Shown piece by piece: positions 40,167 to 47,494 of a stretch of DNA of 64,000 nucleotides. Source of the stretch: Alphaproteobacteria bacterium (GTDB lineage Bacteria > Pseudomonadota > Alphaproteobacteria > UBA7985 > JAUIBT01); contig JAUIBT010000005.1 of assembly GCA_030428255.1 (NCBI GenBank), positions 308 to 64,307 of the forward strand, written 5' to 3'. The position numbers were made by a program, and so were the translations under genes. Position 1 is the stretch's first letter. The number at the start of each line of letters is the position of its first letter. The notes below the pieces were generated by a model that was not told the origin of the DNA, did no database searches, and saw only the letters and a program-made list of their open reading frames with translations.

Positions 40167-40354
40167 ACGCAATATTCTCATATTGCGAGTCTGTCGTAAC
40201 TCTCCCATCATCAGCCCGCCTGCGCTGAGGCCTGAAACTGCATCCCTGAAAACGCACCCCTGAAAACACATCAGAGACATGAGCCGCCCGCTTGGGCTGG
40301 CAAAGGGGGGCGGGTGGCCAAGTTGGTCTGCCAAGTTGGTCGGCCCGTTTGGCC

Positions 40355-41689
40355 CTAACCCTTGGGCAAGGACTGCTTGATCGCCAGCTCCAGCTTGCTC
40401 ACCACTTCGGGGATTTGCGCGTCGGTCATAATGAAGGGCGGGGCCAACAGGACGTGATCACCAACGCGCCCGTCACGGGTGCCGGACATGGGATAGCAGA
40501 TCAGGCCGGCCTCCTGGGCGGCTTTCTTGATCTTAGCGGCCACGGCCAACCCCGGATCAAAGGGCGTCTTGGTCTCACGATCGGCCACCAACTCGACGCC
40601 TCGGAACAAGCCGCGCCCCCTGATATCGCCGATATTGGGGTGCTGGCCCAGAGCCTGACGCAGCGCCGCGTCCAACTTATCACCCAGCGCCGAGACGCCC
40701 GCCACCAGCCCGCGATCCAGCAGCGCGCGCACCACTGCCAGGCCCGCCGCGGTTGCCACCGGATGGCCCAGGTAGGTGTGGCCGTGCTGGAAAAAGCCCG
40801 TTCCGGTCTCGATGGTCTCATAGATGGCCTTGCTGCACAGCATGGCACCAATCGGCTGATAGCCCGCGCCTAAGCCCTTGGCGATACAGATGATATCGGG
40901 CTCTACGCCGTCGGCCTCGCAAGCGAACAGGTGGCCGGTGCGACCCATGCCGCACATAACCTCGTCCAATATCAGCAGTACGCCGTAGCGATCACAGATC
41001 TCGCGCACACGCTGGAAATAGCCCGGCGCGGCAGGCACCGCGCCCAGCGTCGCGCCGACCACAGGTTCGGCGATAAAGGCCATAACACTGTCGGCACCCA
41101 GGCGCAGAATTTCGTCCTCCAGCTCCTGAGCCACCCGCAGGCCGTAGTCCTCCAGGCTCTCATCATCGGGCTTTTCGGCGTAGGCGTAGCAAGGCGCGAT
41201 GTGGCTGACCTCAATCAGCAGCGGCGCGAATTGGGCGCGACGCCAAGCATTGCCGCCAGCCGACAGCGCGCCCAGTGTGTTACCGTGATAGGACTGACGG
41301 CGCGCGATCAGGTGGCGACGCTGGGGCTCGCCGCGCTCGACGTGGTACTGGCGCGCCAGCTTGATCGCAGCCTCTGTGGCTTCAGAGCCGCCCGAGACGA
41401 AATAGACCCGGTCGATGTCCCCCGGCGCGTTGGCGACCAACAAGTCGGCCAGCGCCTCGGCAGGCTCTGAGGTGAAAAAGCTGGTATGGGCGAATGCCAG
41501 TTGCGCCACCTGCTCTTGGATGGCGCGCACCACCTCGGCGTCAGAGTGCCCGAGGCAGGAGACCGCCGCGCCTCCCGAGCCATCGAAGTAGCGCTTGCCC
41601 TTGGCATCGATCAGATAGCAACCATCGCCCGCGACCGCCGTTGGCAGGGCTGATTTGGTATGACGGGGGAATACGTGAGAGCGGCTCAT
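40355..41689 (-). CDS. Class-III (aspartate aminotransferase family) PLP-dependent aminotransferase
   Basis: Class-III fold motifs (YFVSGGSEATEAAIKLAR, LLILDEVMCGMGRTGHLFA) and the Schiff-base Lys region ICIAKGLGAG. Start ATG overlaps the upstream gene stop by 1 nt (TGATG). Confidence 0.8.
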   Translation of the reverse strand: MSRSHVFPRHTKSALPTAVAGDGCYLIDAKGKRYFDGSGGAAVSCLGHSDAEVVRAIQEQVAQLAFAHTSFFTSEPAEALADLLVANAPGDIDRVYFVSGGSEATEAAIKLARQYHVERGEPQRRHLIARRQSYHGNTLGALSAGGNAWRRAQFAPLLIEVSHIAPCYAYAEKPDDESLEDYGLRVAQELEDEILRLGADSVMAFIAEPVVGATLGAVPAAPGYFQRVREICDRYGVLLILDEVMCGMGRTGHLFACEADGVEPDIICIAKGLGAGYQPIGAMLCSKAIYETIETGTGFFQHGHTYLGHPVATAAGLAVVRALLDRGLVAGVSALGDKLDAALRQALGQHPNIGDIRGRGLFRGVELVADRETKTPFDPGLAVAAKIKKAAQEAGLICYPMSGTRDGRVGDHVLLAPPFIMTDAQIPEVVSKLELAIKQSLPKG

Positions 41690-42540
41690 CACTGGGTGTC
41701 CTTAATAGAAGGCGAAGGGGAGGCGGGCCACAGGCCCTTGGCGCTGGCGCGTGCAATCAAGGCGCGCAGCGAGGCGGCATTGTCGGGGAGCAGGCGGCCA
41801 TCACGGTCGTGTATGTTGTTCTCAAAACCGATGCGCGCGCCGCCGCCCATGGCCCAAGCGGCCAAGAGGCAGTCGATTTCCTGTGGGCCAAAGGCGCACA
41901 CGCTCCAGGACCAGCGCCAAGCGGGCGGCTGGTCATCGGATGGCTGGTCATTGAGAGTGGGAGCCCGGCAGGCGATGGCTGACAAGAGGGAGGAGAGCTC
42001 TTGCGGTTGGCCAAAGCGCGCCGGGCTATAGCCCCCCAGAACAAAGATGACCTCGCGTTGCAGCGGGCCAAGCAGACCTTGTTGGTCCCAAGCTTCAAGC
42101 TGAGGCAGGCAGTCTGGGGTATGGAGAATGTGTTGAACGCGGGTTCCAACCTCGCGGCACAAGGCATAGACGCGCGCGGCCAAATCGGGTTCGCGCGCCA
42201 TTTCACGCACCGAAATGCTGGCCGCCGCTGGCCGCAGGTCTTCTAAACAGGCGAGTTGTTGAGCGACGCTGAAAACGCCCGCGCTTTCGGTGGTGATTTG
42301 GATCGCCAGACCCGGCACGGCCTCCGCGATGGCGGCTATGGCCTCGCGATAGCGTCCGGCATCCAGGCTGTGGCGTTGCTCCTTATCGCGCACATGCAGG
42401 TGCAAGCTGTCGCCGCCAGCGGCAAAACACCTGCGCGCCGTTTCGGCCAACTCTTGGGGAGAGATCGGCAGGAGTGGATGGTCGGCCTTGGTGCGGCGCG
42501 CACCGTTGGGCGCCACCATCAGCGGCGGGCGGGCGATCAT
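41689..42540 (-). CDS. 3-keto-5-aminohexanoate cleavage enzyme family (BKACE/DUF849) protein
   Basis: N-terminus MIARPPLMVAPNGARRTKADHPLLPISPQELAETARRCFAAGGDSLHLHVRD matches the BKACE TIM-barrel family signature. ATGA overlap with the upstream gene. Confidence 0.75.
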   Translation of the reverse strand: MIARPPLMVAPNGARRTKADHPLLPISPQELAETARRCFAAGGDSLHLHVRDKEQRHSLDAGRYREAIAAIAEAVPGLAIQITTESAGVFSVAQQLACLEDLRPAAASISVREMAREPDLAARVYALCREVGTRVQHILHTPDCLPQLEAWDQQGLLGPLQREVIFVLGGYSPARFGQPQELSSLLSAIACRAPTLNDQPSDDQPPAWRWSWSVCAFGPQEIDCLLAAWAMGGGARIGFENNIHDRDGRLLPDNAASLRALIARASAKGLWPASPSPSIKDTQ

Positions 42541-44966
42541 GACAGCGCCCCTTTCATTCGCAGGCCTTGGGGGTCAAAGGCCGGTGCGGTTTGCACCCGC
42601 GCGGTAAAGCGCTGCCCGGTCACTTCCACCTCGACCTGGCTTGGCCAAGGCGTATCGCCATTCGGGCGCTTTAGGTGCGCCAGGGCCAGCGGCTTGCCGA
42701 GGCGATAGCCAAAGCTGGCTGAGCTGGTGGTGCCCAGGATGCGCCCGGCGCTGCGCACCGGCTCGTGGCCCAAAGGGCAGGCCTTAGGGTCGTCGAACAC
42801 CAGGCTCACCAGGCTGCGATGGCTGGTCTTGCGGCGTTCGGCCAGGGCAGCGGCTCCCAAGTAGTCCTTGGTCTTAGAGGCCAAGCCCGCCAAACCGGTC
42901 TCAACCGGGCTGATATCGCTGTCCAGCTCGTGACCCATGGCGGCAAAGCCCTTCTCAATGCGCATCGAGGTCTGGGCATAGAGGCCAGCAGGCTCAGCGC
43001 CCGCAGCAATCAAAGCGGCATAGATCGGCGCGGCATTCTCCCACTTACAGGTGAGTTCGAACCCGGCCTCACCGACGTAGGACAGACGCACGGCGCGCAC
43101 ATGTTTGCCCGCGATATGCGCCGGACCGACCTTGAAATAGCCCAGCTCGCACAGCTCGGGCGCGCCGCAGTCGCGCAAGATCTGCGCCGCTTGCGGCCCC
43201 ATGAGGCCCAGCACCGCGTAGTCCTCTGTGCTATCGGTCAGGCGAACATCGTAGCCCTCGCCGTGGCGGCGCAGCCAGGCCAGATCGCGCTTGATGGCCG
43301 CCGTGCCGACGAACAGGCGATAGTGATCGTCCGCGATGCGCTGGGCCGTGATGTCGCTGGCGTAGGTGCCTTGCTCGGTCAATAGTGCGGTATAGATGGC
43401 TGAACCCGCGGGCTTATCCATGTTGGCCGCACAGACCCATTGCAAGAAGGTCAGAGCCTCGGGCCCCTGCACCTCAATCTTGCCAAAGCACGAGGCGTCA
43501 AAGATGGCGGCGCGCTGGTGGGCGGCCTCGACCTCGCGGCCCACTTGCTCGAACCAATCGGGGCGGCCAAAGCGCAGGTGCGGTGCGCCCTCATCGCCCA
43601 CGCTGGTCTTGTTGAAATACAGCGGCCGCTCCCAGCCATAGAATTGACCAAAGGCCGCGCCGGCGGCCTCATAGGCGTCGTGCAGCGCCAGCTTGCGCAG
43701 GCCGCGCGCGCTCTTGAGCTGGCGGCCTGGGTAGGTGATTTCGTAATGCGTACCAAGGATTTCTGGCGCCCGGGCCATCAGGTGCTCGACCGAATTGAAG
43801 ACCGGTGCAAAGCGCTGCGCGTCGGCCTCGCTCAGATCGTAGGCGCTGCGGCCATGGACAATGCAGTGTGCCAGGTTCATGCCCGCGCCCCCGCCCGAGG
43901 CCAGCCCGACCGAATTCATGCCACAGCCCAAAAACAAGCCGCGCGTCTCGGCGGTCTCGCCCAGCATGAACATGCCGTCGGGGGTGAAGCTTTCCGGACC
44001 ATTGAGCAGCATTTTAACCTCCGCTTCGGCCAGGCCTGGCAGGCGGTGCAGTGCGCCTTCCATCATGGGCTCGAAGTGGTCCCAGTCCTCGGGCAGCAGG
44101 CCGAATTGGAAATCCGAGCCCAAGACGCCGGGCGCAATCGGCTTGCCCATGGGCTCGAAACAGCCGACCAGCAGGCCGCCGCTGTCGTCGCGAATATAGA
44201 GATGGCTGTCGTGATCGCTGAGCGAGGGCAGGTTGCCGTTGATGCCCGCAATGGGCTTGGTCAATAGGTAGAAGTGCTCGCAGGCCAGCAAGGGCACCTC
44301 CGCGCCCGCCATGGCCCCCGCCTCGCGCGACCAGAGGCCGGTGCAGAGCGCGATGGCGTCGCAACGGATGGTGCCGCGCGCAGTCTCGACCCCGCGCACG
44401 CGCCCGCCCTCGGTCAGAATGCCGGTGACGCCGGTATCTTCGAAGATGCGCGTACCGCGCGTCTTGGCGGCCTTGACCAGCGCCGCGCAAACATCGCTAG
44501 GCGAGACGCGGCCATCGTCGGGCGACCATACCGCGCCGATCACATCGTCAGCGTTCATCAGCGGCCAGCGCTCCTTGGCCTCACCCGCGCTGATGGCCTC
44601 AGCGCGCACGCCATAGGCTTTGGCCAGCGCTTCCTGGCGCAGAATATGGTCCAGGCGGCCAGGATTGGTGGCGATGGACAGCGAGCCCTTCTGAATCCAG
44701 CCCACGGCTTGGCCGGTTTCCTGTTCCAGGCGGCTGTAGAGATCGACCGAATACTGGATCATGCGGGTTAGGTTCTGCGAGCTGCGCAGCGCGCGCACTT
44801 GCGCCGCCGAGTGCCAGGTGGTGCCAGAGGTCAGCTTGTTGCGCTCCAGCAGTATGGCGTCACTTACGCCCATCGCGGCCAAGTGATAGAGCGTTGAACA
44901 CCCCATAATTCCGCCGCCGATAACGACAACGGAAGCCTGTGAGGGAAGGTCAGACGATGCGGACAT
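42537..44966 (-). CDS. FAD-dependent oxidoreductase fused to GcvT-like folate-binding domain (dimethylglycine/sarcosine dehydrogenase family)
   Basis: 809 aa. N-terminal DAO dinucleotide fold (VVVIGGGIMGCSTLYHLA). C-terminal aminomethyltransferase fold (GYFKVGPAHIAGKHVRAVRLSYVGEAGFEL). Confidence 0.8.
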   Translation of the reverse strand: MSASSDLPSQASVVVIGGGIMGCSTLYHLAAMGVSDAILLERNKLTSGTTWHSAAQVRALRSSQNLTRMIQYSVDLYSRLEQETGQAVGWIQKGSLSIATNPGRLDHILRQEALAKAYGVRAEAISAGEAKERWPLMNADDVIGAVWSPDDGRVSPSDVCAALVKAAKTRGTRIFEDTGVTGILTEGGRVRGVETARGTIRCDAIALCTGLWSREAGAMAGAEVPLLACEHFYLLTKPIAGINGNLPSLSDHDSHLYIRDDSGGLLVGCFEPMGKPIAPGVLGSDFQFGLLPEDWDHFEPMMEGALHRLPGLAEAEVKMLLNGPESFTPDGMFMLGETAETRGLFLGCGMNSVGLASGGGAGMNLAHCIVHGRSAYDLSEADAQRFAPVFNSVEHLMARAPEILGTHYEITYPGRQLKSARGLRKLALHDAYEAAGAAFGQFYGWERPLYFNKTSVGDEGAPHLRFGRPDWFEQVGREVEAAHQRAAIFDASCFGKIEVQGPEALTFLQWVCAANMDKPAGSAIYTALLTEQGTYASDITAQRIADDHYRLFVGTAAIKRDLAWLRRHGEGYDVRLTDSTEDYAVLGLMGPQAAQILRDCGAPELCELGYFKVGPAHIAGKHVRAVRLSYVGEAGFELTCKWENAAPIYAALIAAGAEPAGLYAQTSMRIEKGFAAMGHELDSDISPVETGLAGLASKTKDYLGAAALAERRKTSHRSLVSLVFDDPKACPLGHEPVRSAGRILGTTSSASFGYRLGKPLALAHLKRPNGDTPWPSQVEVEVTGQRFTARVQTAPAFDPQGLRMKGALS

Positions 44967-45109
44967 AGGGGCTGTTACCCAGTGGTGATAGCGCCGAAAA
45001 GGCGGTAGGTGTGACGAAAAATCATGAATGAAAAACAGGATTAGTCAATCAATCAAAAACATAACGATTGTTATTGACGCAGATCCCAACATCCAGCTAG
45101 CCTGACCGC

Positions 45110-45994
45110 ATGGATCCGACGCTGAAGACCAAGACAATTGAAGCCCTGAAACGGGAAGCGGCCACCATGCCGCCACGCCTTAAGTTGGTGGCCAAGTATA
45201 TCGTTGATCATCCGTTGGATTTCGGGCTGGATTCGATCCGCGAAACCGCCCGAAAGTGCGGGGTCTCCACCTATTCGCTCGTGCGATTGGCCGAGCAGCT
45301 CGGCTTTTCCGGCTATGAAGAGCTGCGCGAGCCCTTCCGCCATGCCCTGGTCTCCTCGACCCAGCTTTCCGAGCGTCCGGCTTGGATCGACTCGGTCCGC
45401 CATTCGGGCGAGTTGGGACCAATCCAGGCCGAAGCATCGCTGAATGCCATGGGAATCGTGCAGCGCAGCTTGGAGCGCTTGGCGCCCGAGGATTTGGAGC
45501 GCGCCGTCGCGCTCATGCTGGGCGCACGCAAGGTCTATTTGACAGCCGTGCGCTCGACTTATGCGCTGGCCTATTACTTCCACTATGTCGGCCGCATGGC
45601 GCTGCCCAGTCTGGAGCTGATCCCGCGCCACATGAATTCGGCCATCGATGATTTATCAGACGCCGACGAGCAAGATGTGCTGATGGCGCTGACCTTTACC
45701 CCCTATTCTCGCGAGGTTATCGAGGCTTGTAAGTTCGCAGCCCGGCGCGGAACCAAGATTGTCTTGGTCTCAGACTTTGATGTCATTTCCAGCGAATTTG
45801 AGCCCGAGGTCGCGCTGATTGCGTCGGTCATCTCGACCCACCATTTTGGGGCTTATACAGGCGTCATGGCGGTTCTGGAGGTCTTGCTCGCGGGCCTCGT
45901 TCGCCGTGGCGGTACAGCCGCCAGCAAGCGCATCCAGCGCTATGAAACCTTGCGCCAACAAAATAATGCCTACTGGGTTCGGAAAAAAACATAA
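45110..45994 (+). CDS. RpiR/MurR family transcriptional regulator (HTH_6 + SIS domain)
   Basis: N-terminal HTH (LDSIRETARKCGVSTYSLVRLAEQLGFSGYEEL). C-terminal SIS domain (KVYLTAVRSTYALAYYFHY...KIVLVSD). Divergent from the catabolic operon. Confidence 0.8.
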   Translation: MDPTLKTKTIEALKREAATMPPRLKLVAKYIVDHPLDFGLDSIRETARKCGVSTYSLVRLAEQLGFSGYEELREPFRHALVSSTQLSERPAWIDSVRHSGELGPIQAEASLNAMGIVQRSLERLAPEDLERAVALMLGARKVYLTAVRSTYALAYYFHYVGRMALPSLELIPRHMNSAIDDLSDADEQDVLMALTFTPYSREVIEACKFAARRGTKIVLVSDFDVISSEFEPEVALIASVISTHHFGAYTGVMAVLEVLLAGLVRRGGTAASKRIQRYETLRQQNNAYWVRKKT

Positions 45995-46090
45995 GTTTTT
46001 TGGTGACAGGAAAAAAAACTTTAGCGACCTTAGTCGCGTGTATTGCGAGCGCCTCCGCGCTCGAGGCACCCATAACCAAGGGAGAAGCAT

Positions 46091-47062
46091 GTGAAACTTA
46101 CAACATCTCTAATCGGCCTGGCGGCCGCTTCCGCCGTCAGCCTGGGCTCAGCAGCCTTTGCAGCCGACCAATTCGTGACCATTGGTACCGGCGGCGTGAC
46201 CGGCGTTTACTACCCAACCGGCGGCGCGATCTGCCGTCTTATGAACAAGGGCCGCAAAGAGCACGGCATTCGCTGCTCGGTCGAGTCCACGGGTGGCTCA
46301 GTCTACAACACCCGCACAATTCGCGCTGGCGAGCTGGACTTCGGCGTGGTTCAGTCTGACGTACAAGCTGCAGCTCTGGCTGGTACCGGCAAGTTTGCGG
46401 ACGACGGCGCGTATGGCGAGCTGCGTGCCATCTTCTCAGTTCACCCTGAGCCGCTGCACGTCATGGTGCGCGCTGATGCGGGCATCTCGTCCGTGGCAGA
46501 CTTCAAAGGCAAGCGCGTGAACATCGGCAACCCCGGTTCTGGTACCCGCGTCTTGGCTGAAGTGCTGATGGCTGCCGCGGGCGTTGCGCCCGGTGACTTC
46601 GCCTTGGCCGCCGAGCTGAAGTCGTCTGAGCAGTCCGCTGCTTTGTGCGACGGCAAGCTGGATGCTGCCATCTGGGCGGCGGGTCTGCCCAACGGCTCAT
46701 CTATGGAAGCCACCTCAACGTGTGACATCCAACTGTTGGATTTGACCACCTCTGGCACCGACGCCGTTCTGGCCAGCAACCCTGCTTACGCAGCGGCGAC
46801 CATCCCTGGTGGCATGTACCCTGGCAACGACAACGACGTAGCAAGCTGGGGCCCCAAGGCAACGTTCGTCACCTCGGCCAACACCGATGATGAGGTCGTC
46901 TACCAGCTCGTGAAGGCTGTGTTCGACAACTTCGATGACTTCAAGAAGCTGCACCCTGCCTTCTCACGTTTGGTTGAGACCGAGATGATCAAAGACGGTC
47001 TGTCTGCACCACTGCATGACGGTGCGGTTCGTTACTACAAAGAACGCGGCTGGATTATGTAA
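46091..47062 (+). CDS. TAXI-family TRAP transporter solute-binding protein
   Basis: GTG start after a perfect AAGGAG RBS. Signal peptide. TAXI motif FVTIGTGGVTGVYYPTGGAIC. Confidence 0.8.
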   Translation: MKLTTSLIGLAAASAVSLGSAAFAADQFVTIGTGGVTGVYYPTGGAICRLMNKGRKEHGIRCSVESTGGSVYNTRTIRAGELDFGVVQSDVQAAALAGTGKFADDGAYGELRAIFSVHPEPLHVMVRADAGISSVADFKGKRVNIGNPGSGTRVLAEVLMAAAGVAPGDFALAAELKSSEQSAALCDGKLDAAIWAAGLPNGSSMEATSTCDIQLLDLTTSGTDAVLASNPAYAAATIPGGMYPGNDNDVASWGPKATFVTSANTDDEVVYQLVKAVFDNFDDFKKLHPAFSRLVETEMIKDGLSAPLHDGAVRYYKERGWIM

Positions 47063-47073
47063 TCCACGCAACC

Positions 47074-47111
47074 AAAATGGCCGCTTCCTAATCAGGGGGC
47101 GGCCATTTTTG
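47074..47111. terminator. Rho-independent (bidirectional-type) terminator: AAAATGGCCGC-loop-GCGGCCATTTTT between SBP and permease genes
   Basis: 8-bp GC stem flanked by an A-run and a T-run, 12 nt after the SBP stop codon. An intra-operon attenuator of this kind is typical of SBP-dependent transporter operons. Confidence 0.55.
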
Positions 47112-47353
47112 ATTCCGGGGCAGATAAGCTAGCCTAGGCGCTTTGCGGTGGCCAAGTCAGGGTCTTGAGACGAAGGCAGTACATCACCAAAGCCAAAGAT
47201 GCCCTTGCTTTAAGCCTTGTTGTGCTTTGAGCCGTGTCTGGCTTTGAGCATTGCTCGCCGTGAGACATTCGGTCTATGATCGAAGGCAAGCTGCGCATCA
47301 CATGCAAGGCGGTCGCGCAGCCCGGGTCTAGCGACAGGGTTCAGCAAAGGTCC

Positions 47354-47434
47354 CACGGAACCACTGGGCGCACGGAAAACTGGGCGCACGGAAAACTGGG
47401 CTCACGGAAAACTGGGCCCACGGAAAACTGGGTT
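47354..47434. repeat. Tandem array of 16-bp unit CACGGAAAACTGGGCN, 5 copies (first copy 17 bp)
   Basis: Read directly. Located 60 nt upstream of the TRAP permease start and 250 nt downstream of the terminator. Confidence 0.85.
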
Positions 47435-47494
47435 CAGGGCAAAGCCCGCAGAAATAACAACAATAATATTCATACGACACGCAGGAGAGGCAGC

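Noticed and set aside
38561-40354. Island interpreted as a prophage, IS or integrative-element remnant
   Set aside because: No integrase, transposase, tRNA/tmRNA attachment site, terminal inverted repeats or flanking direct repeats could be found by eye. The evidence is kept as an orphan horizontally acquired gene with the mechanism unknown.
46040-46070. CGAGCGC-ctcc-GCGCTCG hairpin just upstream of the TAXI binding-protein RBS, considered as a riboswitch or terminator
   Set aside because: A single 7-bp hairpin without a T-run or any conserved riboswitch sequence features. It is more likely a simple leader structure and too little to call.
47276-47494. N-terminal 73 codons of the TRAP permease ORF reading through the 16-bp tandem repeat
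   Set aside because: The translation (TENWAHGKLGSRKTGPTENW...) is a repeat artefact. A good AGGAGA RBS and the conserved permease N-terminus begin at 47495.
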